From Nemertoderma westbladi (taxonomy: Eukaryota; Animalia; Xenacoelomorpha): a stretch of 64,000 nt of DNA. The translations under genes were made by a program, and so were the position numbers. The stretch is taken from assembly GCA_032718475.1 (NCBI GenBank), contig JAUCBJ010003131.1, forward strand, positions 26,846 to 90,845. The letters run 5' to 3'. How positions within the stretch are numbered: the stretch's first letter is position 1; every line of letters starts with the position of its first letter. This document shows, piece by piece, positions 45,779-58,175 of the stretch. The notes beneath the pieces were generated by a model. It was not told where the DNA came from. It worked only from the letters and a program-made list of their open reading frames with translations, and did no database searches.

Positions 45779-48700
45779 TTATATTAATGGCGGATAAGCC
45801 TTTATAGACCCCACCTCATATTAATGGCGGAGAAGCCTTTATAGACCCCACCTCATATTAATGGCGGAGAAGCCTTTATAGACCCCACCTCATATTAATG
45901 GCGGAGAAGCCTTTATAGACCCCACCTCATATTAATGGCGGAGAAGCCTCTATAGACCCCACCTCATATTAATGGCGGAGAAGCCTCTATAGACCCCACC
46001 TCATATTAATGGCGGAGAAGCCTTTATAGACCCCACCTCATATTAATGGCGGAGAAGCCTTTATAGACCCCACCTCATATTAATGGCGGAGAAGCCTTTA
46101 TAGACCCCACCTCATATTAATGGCGGAGAAGCCTTTATAGACCCCACCTCATATTAATGGCGGAGAAGCCTTTATAGACCCCACCTCATATTAATGGCGG
46201 ATAAGCCTTTAGACCCCACCTCATATTAATGGCGGAGAAGCCTTTATAGACCCCACCTCATATTAATGGCGGATAAGCCTTTATAGACCCCACCTCATAT
46301 TAATGGCGGAGAAGCCTTTATAGACCCCACCTCATATTAATGGCGGAGAAGCCTTTATAGACCCCACCTCATATTAATGGCGGAGAAGCCTTTATAGACC
46401 CCACCTCATATTAATGGCGGAGAAGCCTTTATAGACCCCACCTCATATTAATGGCGGAGAAGCCTTTATAGACCCCACCTCATATTAATGGCGGAGAAGC
46501 CTTTATAGACCCCACCTCATATTAATGGCGGATAAGCCTTTTAGACCCCACCTCATATTAATGGCGGAGAAGCCTTTATAGACCCCACCTCATATTAATG
46601 GCGGAGAAGCCTTTATAGACCCCACCTCATATTAATGGCGGAGAACCCTTTATAGACCCCACCTCATATTAATGGCGGATAAGCCTTTAGACCCCACCTC
46701 ATATTAATGGCGGGGAAGCCTTTATAGACCCCACCTCATATTAATGGCGGAGAAGCCTTTATAGACCCCACCTCATATTAATGGCGGAGAAGCCTTTATA
46801 GACCCCACCTCATATTAATGGCGGAGAAGCCTTTATAGACCCCACCTCATATTAATGGCGGAGAAGCCTTTATAGACCCCACCTCATATTAATGGCGGAG
46901 AAGCCTTTATAGACCCCACCTCATATTAATGGCGGATAAGCCTTTATAGACCCCACCTCATATTAATGGCGGAGAAGCCTTTATAGACCCCACCTCATAT
47001 TAATGGCGGAGAAGCCTTTATAGACCCCACCTCATATTAATGGCGGAGAAGCCTTTATAGACCCCACCTCATATTAATGGCGGAGAAGCCTTTATAGACC
47101 CCACCTCATATTAATGGCGGAGAAGCCTTTATAGACCCCACCTCATATTAATGGCGGAGAAGCCTTTATAGACCCCACCTCATATTAATGGCGGAGAAGC
47201 CTTTATAGACCCCACCTCATATTAATGGCGGAGAAGCCTTTATAGACCCCACCTCATATTAATGGCGGAGAAGCCTTTATAGACCCCACCTCATATTAAT
47301 GGCGGAGAAGCCTTTATAGACCCCACCTCATATTAATGGCGGAGAAGCCTTTATAGACCCCACCTCATATTAATGGCGGAGAAGCCTTTATAGACCCCAC
47401 CTCATATTAATGGCGGAGAAGCCTTTATAGACCCCACCTCATATTAATGGCGGAGAAGCCTTTATAGACCCCACCTCATATTAATGGCGGAGAAGCCTTT
47501 ATAGACCCCACCTCATATTAATGGCGGAGAAGCCTTTATAGACCCCACCTCATATTAATGGCGGAGAAGCCTTTATAGACCCCACCTCATATTAATGGCG
47601 GAGAAGCCTTTATAGACCCCACCTCATATTAATGGCGGAGAAGCCTTTATAGACCCCACCTCATATTAATGGCGGAGAAGCCTTTATAGACCCCACCTCA
47701 TATTAATGGCGGAGAAGCCTTTATAGACCCCACCTCATATTAATGGCGGAGAAGCCTTTATAGACCCCACCTCATATTAATGGCGGAGAAGCCTTTATAG
47801 ACCCCACCTCATATTAATGGCGGAGAAGCCTTTATAGACCCCACCTCATATTAATGGCGGAGAAGCCTTTATAGACCCCACCTCATATTAATGGCGGAGA
47901 AGCCTTATAGACCCCACCTCATATTAATGGCGGAGAAGCCTTTATAGACCCCACCTCATATTAATGGCGGAGAAGCCTTTATAGACCCCACCTCATATTA
48001 ATGGCGGAGAAGCCTTTATAGACCCCACCTCATATTAATGGCGGAGAAGCCTTTATAGACCCCACCTCATATTAATGGCGGAGAAGCCTTTATAGACCCC
48101 ACCTCATATTAATGGCGGAGAAGCCTTTATAGACCCCACCTCATATTAATGGCGGAGAAGCCTTTATAGACCCCACCTCATATTAATGGCGGAGAAGCCT
48201 TTATAGACCCCACCTCATATTAATGGCGGAGAAGCCTTTATAGACCCCACCTCATATTAATGGCGGAGAAGCCTTTATAGACCCCACCTCATATTAATGG
48301 CGGAGAAGCCTTTATAGACCCCACCTCATATTAATGGCGGAGAAGCCTTTATAGACCCCACCTCATATTAATGGCGGAGAAGCCTTTATAGACCCCACCT
48401 CATATTAATGGCGGAGAAGCCTTTATAGACCCCACCTCATATTAATGGCGGAGAAGCCTTTATAGACCCCACCTCATATTAATGGCGGAGAAGCCTTTAT
48501 AGACCCCACCTCATATTAATGGCGGAGAAGCCTTTATAGACCCCACCTCATATTAATGGCGGAGAAGCCTTTAGACCCCACCTCATATTAATGGCGGAGA
48601 AGCCTTTATAGACCCCACCTCATATTAATGGCGGAGAAGCCTTTATAGACCCCACCTCATATTAATGGCGGAGAAGCCTTTATAGACCCCACCTCATATT

Positions 48701-50228
48701 AATGGCGGAGAAGCCTTTATAGACCCCACCTCATATTAATGGCGGAGAAGCCTTTATAGACCCCACCTCATATTAATGGCGGAGAAGCCTTTATAGACCC
48801 CACCTCATATTAATGGCGGAGAAGCCTTTATAGACCCCACCTCATATTAATGGCGGAGAAGCCTTTATAGACCCCACCTCATATTAATGGCGGAGAAGCC
48901 TTTATAGACCCCACCTCATATTAATGGCGGAGAAGCCTTTATAGACCCCACCTCATATTAATGGCGGAGAAGCCTTTATAGACCCCACCTCATATTAATG
49001 GCGGAGAAGCCTTTATAGACCCCACCTCATATTAATGGCGGAGAAGCCTTTATAGACCCCACCTCATATTAATGGCGGAGAAGCCTTTATAGACCCCACC
49101 TCATATTAATGGCGGAGAAGCCTTTATAGACCCCACCTCATATTAATGGCGGAGAAGCCTTTATAGACCCCACCTCATATTAATGGCGGAGAAGCCTTTT
49201 AGACCCCACCTCATATTAATGGCGGAGAAGCCTTTATAAACCCCACCTCATATTAATGGCGGAGAACCCTTTATAGACCCCACCTCATATTAATGGCAGA
49301 AGAGAAGCCTTTAGACCCCACCTCATATTAATGGCGGAGAAGCCTTTATAAACCCCACCTCATATTAATGCCGGAGAAGCCTTTATAGACCCCACCTCAT
49401 ATTAATGGCGAAGAAGCCTTTATAGACCCCACCTCATATTAATGGCGGAGAAGCCTTTATAGACCCCACCTCATATTAATGGCGGAGAAGCCTTTATAGA
49501 CCCCACCTCATATTAATGGCGGAGAAGCCTTTATAGACCCCACCTCATATTAATGGCGGAGAAGCCTTTATAGACCCCACCTCATATTAATGGCGGAGAA
49601 GCCTTTATAGACCCCACCTCATATTAATGGCGGAGAAGCCTTTATAGACCCCACCTCATATTAATGGCGGAGAAGCCTTTATAGACCCCACCTCATATTA
49701 ATGGCAGAAGAGAAGCCTTTAGACCCCACCTCATATTAATGGCGGAGAAGCCTTTATAGACCCCACCTCATATTAATGGCGGATAAGCCTTTATAGACCC
49801 CACCTCATATTAATGGCGGAGAAGCCTTTATAGACCCCACCTCATATTAATGGCGGAGAAGCCTTTATAGACCCCACCTCATATTAATGGCGGAGAAGCC
49901 TCTATAGACCCCACCTCATATTAATGGCGGAGAAGCCTTTATAGACCCCACCTCATATTAATGGCGGAGAAGCCTTTATAGACCCCACATCATATTAATG
50001 GCGGAGAAGCCTTTATAGACCCCACCTCATATTAATGGCGGAGAAGCCTTTATAGACCCCACCTCATATTAATGGCGGAGAAGCCTTTATAGACCCCACA
50101 TCATATTAATGGCGGAGAAGCCTTTATAGACCCCACCTCATATTAATGGCGGATAAGCCTTTATAGACCCCACCTCATATTAATGGCGGAGAAGCCTTTA
50201 TAGACCCCACCTCATATTAATGGCGGAT
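45779..50228. repeat. 37-bp satellite (~120 highly homogeneous copies)
   Basis: Unit atattaatggcggagaagcctttatagaccccacctc; period 37. Confidence 0.98.
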
Positions 50229-50421
50229 ATTAAAAAAATTGTATTATACATGAAACAAGATAAAGCATATTATAAAGTTAATACATAAACCACCCCCAAT
50301 GTCGCAATGTCGTAATGAAAACCCTATAATTATTTTCCGGTCAGTCAGTCAGTTGCGTGCAGTTAGTTTTTCGATAAATTTGATGTACTCTTATGTTTAT
50401 TCATTCTCTGTAACTTGAGGT

Positions 50422-50994
50422 ATCCCCGTACTGATTCCCCGCACTGAACTCCCCGCACTGATTCCCCGTACTGATTCCCCGCACTGATTCCCCGCACTGA
50501 TTCCCCGCACTGATTCCCCGCACTGATTCCCCGCACTGATTCCCCGCACTGATTCCCCGCACTGAACTCCCCGCACTGAACTCCGCGCACTGATTCCCCG
50601 CACTGAACTCCCCGCACTGATTCCCCGCACTGATTCCCCGCACTGATTCCCCGCACTGATTCCCCGCACTGATTCCCCGCACTGATTCCCCGCACTGATT
50701 CCCCGCACTGATTCCCCGCACTGATTCCCCGCACTGATTCCCCGCACTGATTCCCCGCACTGATTCCCCGCACTGATTCCCCGCACTGATTCCCCGCACT
50801 GATTCCCCGCACTGATTCCCCGCACTGATTCCCCGCACTGATTCCCCGCACTGATTCCCCGCACTGATTCCCCGCACTGATTCCCCGCACTGATTCCCCG
50901 CACTGATTCCCCGCACTGATTCCCCGCACTGATTCCCCGCACTGATTCCCCGCACTGATTCCCCGCACTGATTCCCCGCACTGATTCCCCGTAC
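50422..50994. repeat. 13-bp minisatellite
   Basis: (ctgattccccgca)n. Confidence 0.97.
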
Positions 50995-52413
50995 TTAGTT
51001 CCAATTTAAGCCTCATGCGAATTTAGTTCCAATTTTGGCGAATTTAGTTCCAATTTTGGCGAATTTAGTTCCAATTTAGGCGAACTTAGTTCCAATAACT
51101 AGAGAAAAACGAAATCGAATTTAGTTCCAATGTAAGCGAATTTAGTTCCAATGGATGCGAACTTAGTTCCAATGCAAGCGAATTTAGTTCCAATGGATGC
51201 GAATTTAGTTCCAATGAATGCGAATTTAGTTCCAATGGATGCGAATTTAGTTCCAATGGATGCGAATTTAGTTCCAATGGATGCGAACTTAGTTCCAATG
51301 GATGCGAATTTAGTTCCAATGAATGCGAATTTAGTTCCAATGGATGCGAATTTAGTTCCAATGGATGCGAATTTAGTTCCAATGGATGCGAACTTAGTTC
51401 CAATGGATGCGAACTTAGTTCCAGTGCAAGCGAATTTAGTTCCAATGGAAGCGAATTTAGTTCCAATGTTTCAGGTGTGGGGCGAGCCACGTAGTTGGTG
51501 AAGAATCTGTTTAATACCACTATTAGGTGGATGGTTAAATAATAATTGTAAATAACTAACCCAAAACGCCCAACCTCCTAACCAAAACAATCTTATCCCA
51601 AACAACGCCCAACCTCTTAACCCAAACAATTCAATTAAATTCATTTATATTTAATCATTTAAAATGATATTCATTGTAAAAAAACAACGCCCAAGCTCTT
51701 AACCCAAACTACGCCCAACCTCCTAACCCAAACTACGCCCAACCTCATAACCCAAACTACGCCCAACCTCATAACCCAAACAACTGGTAAATATTGTATT
51801 TCGTGTGAAAATGGCACAATGTGCATGACTTGAGTATATAATACTATACAGACTCAGTCAGTCAGTATCAGTATACTCGTGATTAATATATATTTACAAT
51901 TATTGTTGACCCTGACCCAAATAGTGGCAATACGCAATAGGCTTCGCCTACTACATGGCTATCCCCACGATTGAAACATGTACCCATTGGAACTAAATTC
52001 GCTTCCATTGGAACTAAATTCTCATGCATTGGAACTAAATTCGCTTCCATTGGAACGAAATTCGCATGCATTGGAACTAAATTCGCTTCCATTGGTACTA
52101 AATTCGCTTCCATTGGTACTAAATTCGCTTCCATTGGTACTAAATTCGCATGCATTGAAATGAAACTAAATTCGCATGCATTGGAACTAAATTCGCATCC
52201 ATTGGAAATAAGTTCGTTTTGATATTCTGGGATTGGAACTAAGTTCGCCTTCGCCTCGATTGGAACTAAAAGTTCGCTTTGTAAAATTTATTTTGGAACT
52301 AAATTCGTTTCAATTGGAACTAAATTCGTTTCAATTGGAACTAAGTTCGCATTTGAAAATGTGCGATTGGAACTAAGTTCGCATTTGAAAATGTGCGATT
52401 GGAACTAAGTTCG
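50993..52413. mobile_element. Foldback structure: inverted arrays of 21-bp repeats plus inverted unique arms (two head-to-head HINE-like elements or one foldback element)
   Basis: (gcgaatttagttccaatggat)n at 50993-51467 versus (attggaactaaattcgc..)n at 51985-52413. Unique arm 51464-51554 is the diverged reverse complement of 51889-51980. The spacer holds taacccaaac repeats. Confidence 0.75.
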
Positions 52414-52638
52414 TGCTACCCCCTGCACTGCATAATATTCGTCATCAAGGTAATCATTTTGGTCTACCGATAAAACAGGAGACACATTTTGTGTCACAAA
52501 CCACCATCTACAACACAAAAGAAGTTACTACTACCTCTGGCAGCTGTCAATTCCAGCACAATACATTGCCTTACAAATACAAGTGAACAGAACGCTGTAT
52601 TTTTATTATTGTGAAAAAATAAAAAGATTAAAACTTAC

Positions 52639-52930
52639 CGCTATTAAATATTTTGGGTTAATTAATTAATTTGACACCCAGGTGTAGAGAAGTGTGCAAA
52701 TAATTGTATCAATTTACTTGTTCTAATAACAACAACAAATAATAACTTTCCAATAAAACTTTTAACAATAAAACTGTTAGCAAATTTAAAAGGTTCTAAA
52801 GTGACAAAATTTAGAGCACTTATAGTCGAGTCATAAAGACGTCGTATGTTGTCATTGGCTAAATAATAGAGGGCCTCCTAAACTGTTCCCCATCTAACTG
52901 GCTTACTGGGAAATCCCTTGGCCAATGATA
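52639..52930 (-). promoter_or_regulatory. Candidate non-coding first exon and promoter of the host gene
   Basis: Strong donor CG|gtaagt at 52638. TATA-like TATAAG at 52824-52819, CCAAT boxes at ~52854 and ~52922, kB-consensus GGGAAATCCC at 52908-52917. Linkage to the gene is inference. Confidence 0.35.
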
Positions 52931-53320
52931 GTGTACCTCAATCACAAAGCTTCGGTAATTTACCTAACATCAATGAATAATGATGTATAATACCGACTTG
53001 CATTGAAAACCCCGTCGTAGTTATTCCTAGTGAATGAACAACATGGTTCTCAACCTTTAGCCCACCACGAGAGCTACAAACATGTAAATATAAAAAACTT
53101 ATATAGAACACTATTTCAACCTATAAGATGCATAATATAATTAGCACGAATGTAGAGACTGTTGCTACTGTACAGTACTGGCATATGCTGAGGGAGTAAA
53201 GACCTGGAGGATTAAAGGTAACAGGCGAGAGTCAAGAGAGAGGAGCCTTTAGGTCGCTTCTGGTGTTTTCGTGTTTCACTTTTACCATTAACTTTACGTA
53301 CTATTTTAACAATATACTAC

Positions 53321-54909
53321 AGTTAGTACCTGGTGGTACCACGTCACTCAGTACAACGACCGGTTCAGTTAGTACCTGGTGGTGCCACGTCACTGAGTAC
53401 AACGACTGGTTCGGTTAGTACCTGGTGGTGCCACGTCACTGAGTACAACGACCGGTTCGGTTAGTACCTGATGGTGCCACGTCACTGAGTACAACGACTG
53501 GTTCGGTTAGTACCTGGTGGTGCCACGTCACTGAGTACAACGACCGGTTCGGTTAGTACCTGATGGTGCCACGTCACTGAGTACAACGACCGGTTCAGTT
53601 AGTACCTGGTGGTGCCACGTCACTGAGTACAACGACCGGTTCAGTTAGTACCTGGTGGTGCCACGTCACTGAGTACAACGACCGGTTCAGTTAGTACCTG
53701 GTGGTGCCACGTCACTGAGTACAGCGACCGGTTTAGTTAGTACCTGGTGTTGCCACGTCACTGAGTACAACGACCGGTTCAGTTAGTACCTGGTGGTGCC
53801 ACGTCACTGAGTACAACGACCGGTTCAGTTAGTACCTGGTGGTGCCACGTCACTGAGTACAACGACCGGTTCAGTTAGTACCTGGTGGTGCCACGTCACT
53901 GAGTACAACGACCGGTTCAGTTAGTCACTGAGTACAACGACCGGTTCAGTTAGTACCTGGTGGTGCCACGTCACTGAGTACAACGACCGGTTCAGTTAGT
54001 ACCTGGTGGTGCCACATCACTGAGTACAGCGACCGGTTCAGTTAGTACCTGGTGGTGCCACGTCACTGAGTACAACGACCGGTTCAGTTAGTACCTGGTG
54101 GTGCCACGTCACTGAGTACAACGACCGGTTCAGTTAGTACCTGGTGGTGCCATGTCACTGAGTACAACGACCGGTTCAGTTAGTACCTGGTGGTGCCACG
54201 TCACTGAGTACAACGACTGATTCGGTTAGTACCTGGTGGTGCCACGTCACTGAGTACAACGACCGGTTCAGTTAGTACCTGGTGGTGCCACGTCACTGAG
54301 TACAACGACTGATTCGGTTAGTACCTGGTGGTGCCACGTCACTGAGTACAGCGACCGGTTCAGTTAGTACCTGGTGGTGCCACGTCACTGAGTACAACGA
54401 CCGGTTCAGTTAGTACCTGGTGGTGCCACGTCACTGAGTACAGCGACCGGTTCAGTTAGTACCTGGTGGTGCCACGTCACTGAGTACAACGACCGGTTCA
54501 GTTAGTAGAGCTGGTGGTGCCACGTCACTGAGTACAACGACCGGTTCAGTTAGTACCTGGTGGTGCCACGTCACTGAGTACAACGACTGGTTCGGTTAGT
54601 ACCTGGTGGTGCCACGTCACTGAGTACAACGACCGGTTCAGTTAGTACCTGGTGGTGCCACGTCACTGAGTACAACGACTGGTTCGGTTAGTACCTGGTG
54701 GTGCCACGTCACTGAGTACAACGACCGGTTCGGTTAGTACCTGATGGTGCCACGTCACTGAGTACAACGACCGGTTCAGTTAGTACCTGGTGGTGCCACG
54801 TCACTGAGTACAACGACTGATTCGGTTAGTACCTGGTGGTGCCACGTCACTGAGTACAACGACCGGTTCAGTTAGTACCTGGTGGTGCCACGTCACTGAG
54901 TACAACGAC
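53321..54909. repeat. 46-bp minisatellite (~34 copies)
   Basis: Unit gttagtacctggtggtgccacgtcactgagtacaacgaccggttca. Confidence 0.97.
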
Positions 54910-56676
54910 GTGTTTGAGTGCCCAGTTTTTGTTAAGCTGTTAACTCTAAGAAACTAACTTGGGAACTGTATAAATATTACTCAAAGCTCAGATAATAATA
55001 ACAATATAACATATTTTCTGGTAGTGAATGCATTTATACGTAATCTTCATAAGTGGCTATGATCGTTTCTAAAGACCGTAAATTTGAAAACTTGAGACAA
55101 AACCTAAATCATCTTTCTGGGTTTATTAAATAAATACAACAAATATTTACTGTTAACTTACAAAAGTCAGTGGATAAAGGTCACGCTATCGCTTACAATT
55201 GCTAGGATGGTGGTACGTAGGCCTACCTACCAAACAGCATTATCATTAGGCCTATGTAGATTATCAGATTGTGTTGCCACCCGTTAATATAAAGAAGGGT
55301 CCTACTAAACTCCCAAAATATCCCAAAAAAAACCAAAAGAACACGATAGAACCCAAAAAAACCTAAATTTGTTATGAACATTAGATTTTACTTCCAAATC
55401 TGCTGCAGATGTCCTTTTGCCCAGATTTTCAGCCACTTGTGTTTGAATATATTCTTCGAATTACCTAACCTAACTGATCTAAACCCGGCCTTATAGAATA
55501 CTGCTGACATTCTACTGTAAGTTACTTGTTAAGTTACACAGAAAACCTCAAGCACGAAGCACACAGTAGTGGAAGGCTACTAATAACTACGAAATGCCGG
55601 CAGATTATTAACGAATCAGCTTTATAATCTTGCAGCGTAGCAGGGCCTCTTCTATGCGGCTTGGAGGGGGCATCTAAATCTGAAAATAACCGATAAGTGT
55701 ATGAGTAATCGGAAAGTATTATTCCATAAAAAAAGGAATTCAGACATTTCGCCATCTAGCTGAAGACTGTTGAATAGATGGTGTTTAAAAGTCTCTAAAA
55801 AATCGAAAGTTTTGCGCTCATTGATGCCTACAAATTTAAACTTTTTTATTTAAACTTTCTTTAAATTTAAACAGCTTTAAATCCGACAAAGTTGGATCCC
55901 CAGCCACTCCCTAACTGTGTCAATGCGTAAAGGCTCTGCAAACTTTGTGGCTCGCCCCACATAAGACAAGAGTGAAAACAAATAACTCAAATCAAACATT
56001 AGGCTACGATACCTTATACTAAATCAGTCGCAGTCTCGAGAAATGCAAGATTTTGGTTTAGATACATATTGGTTATATAATATTACAGTAGGCCTACTGT
56101 CACAGAAGATAGCTTTTCCAACCAAAAAGAATAAACGTTTTCTTTAGCAATACAGGGAAAGGAGCAGGTTACAGAGACGGCCTTATCTAACCAAAACAAT
56201 ATTCCGGTAAGAATACAGGGAAAGGAGTAAGTATCATATGCTTGTTTTTCTAACCAAAAAAAAAACTACAGTATCTCATTACCAATTGAGAGAAAAGAGC
56301 AATTTACAGAGTAGGTTATTTAAAACATACCACAGTACTAAAATTCTGAAATAATTAATTTTTTAGTAAATATAAATAATAGTCACATTTCCAATGCCAA
56401 GACGTAGCATTTGCCTTAACGCTGCAGATGGTTTCTTGTCGCCCTATTCTTGCGTTGCAAGTAACTGACGCAATCTGCGGTTGTCGGTATCTGCCAAATG
56501 CGAAAAAAAATGCGATTTTTGATACTTTTTAAAGTTTATAGACATACTAGCAGGCAATACCCGAGGCATGTTACCCGGTATTTCCCGCTACCGGCATAGG
56601 CCTACTGGCGTACTGGTACCGGAATAGGCCTACTGACGTACCGGTACTTTTCGAAAAGTGGCCTATAACGACCACG

Positions 56677-56714
<38 letters not shown>

Positions 56715-57636
56715 ATTTGCATGGAGCCCTACTGTTACCTCCCAGTGCCAGACTAGCCCTCTGGCTACCCATTCGGATTCACAACAAGCCCTCCAGTGAC
56801 ATTAGGCCCTACGGTTACAGGTAATGATAGGGCGCAAGCCCTATGGTACCTATTGTGGCCCTATAGCTACTTGTGATATTTATAGCTTTTCATTGGCTGT
56901 TAGTTCTATTATTGGTGTACTTATACTATATATTCAGACCATGCTGCTGCTCATTGTAGTTATGTATTTGTTAAAGTATTTGTAATGTTTTTGCATTTTT
57001 GTACTTAATCGAGTATTAATTCTGTTTTGTTTTTAGACATTTATCCAATTACAATACAATACCGGTACAAGTTACAATGTTCTATTACTGCACCTGTACT
57101 TATCTCCCTAGCTTGCTAACCACTAGGCTAATTATAGTGTGTTAAACGTAGGCCTACAATCATCGCGTTTCATATTTTCCAATATTTCGTCACCCATCGC
57201 CATCATATGTTTTGTTGCAGCGACCAGTTTTTGCAAATCTCGCTATCTTCTACCATTGTTTCCATTTCATTAGTCACCCCCCCCCCCCCCCCCCCCCCCC
57301 CCTATATGTTATTTGTAACGTTCACAGAATCCGTCAGCATTTGTTCTTACGCCCCTGTTTGTTTCGCTTGTCTTATATTATCGAAATTTAGGCCTATTTT
57401 CTTGTTATCTGTCAAGTACAGTGGGTACCGTTATTAGGACCTCGTTAAGTAATTTTTGTTTGTCAGTTGTCTGTTTGTCAAACTTGGATATCATATTGCT
57501 GTATTGTGTCAATAAATCACATAGGCCTACATACTGTACATCCATATGACACAGAATACTTACCGGTACTGAAATATGAATATATCTATTATATATATTA
57601 TATTATGAATATATTATTTTATTATAATATAGGTAT

Positions 57637-58139
57637 TGTGAAAGTAACCCAACTCTCCTATAGAAAGAACCTCAAGTGGATCCAAGCCTTTGGGACGGAC
57701 AGTGGAGTGACTTGTGCCGGTTATCGTTGTCGTGCTGTTGCTACATGTTGGCGTAAACACCGCGACGACGGTACATCGGCGCTGAGAATCCCACTGTCCG
57801 GGGGCAAAGAGAGGTAGGCAGCGACGCCCGCTCGCCTAAACATAAACTCATTTGATATTAATAAACTCAGATAGCAGATATGACGGAGTTGATAGAAGAT
57901 GATCTTGGTATTAGGGAGCGATATACTCTACCTTTGCAAGCATTTGTGGATAGCTTAATACGCGGGAACCCTGATCTATTGTGTCCGGCGTAAAATACGG
58001 AGGTTATTTATTTACATATCTCTCCGTAATCGTATAAAGTGCTAGATTACAGGACATGAAATATATTCAGTATCTGTAACTGTATGTCTCTAGGGAACCC
58101 GAAGATAAATATCATACTGGGTTATTAAGAATTCTCACA
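57637..58139. mobile_element. Possible solo-LTR-like insertion just upstream of the recombinase ORF
   Basis: GC-richer ~500-bp island in an AT-rich flank. Ends TGTGAAA..TAACCCA / TGGGTTA..TCTCACA. TSD imperfect (gtat/ttat). Confidence 0.45.
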
Positions 58140-58175
58140 TTATAATTATTAATAATATATAAACTTTATTTTGAA

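Noticed and set aside
50363-52222. Repeat ORFs (GISAGNQCGESVR; MDANLVP; LELNSHP)
   Set aside because: Translations of the 13- and 21-bp arrays.
33424-54909. 37-, 40- and 46-bp repeats as CRISPR arrays
   Set aside because: Head-to-tail units with no unique spacers, no cas genes, eukaryotic context.
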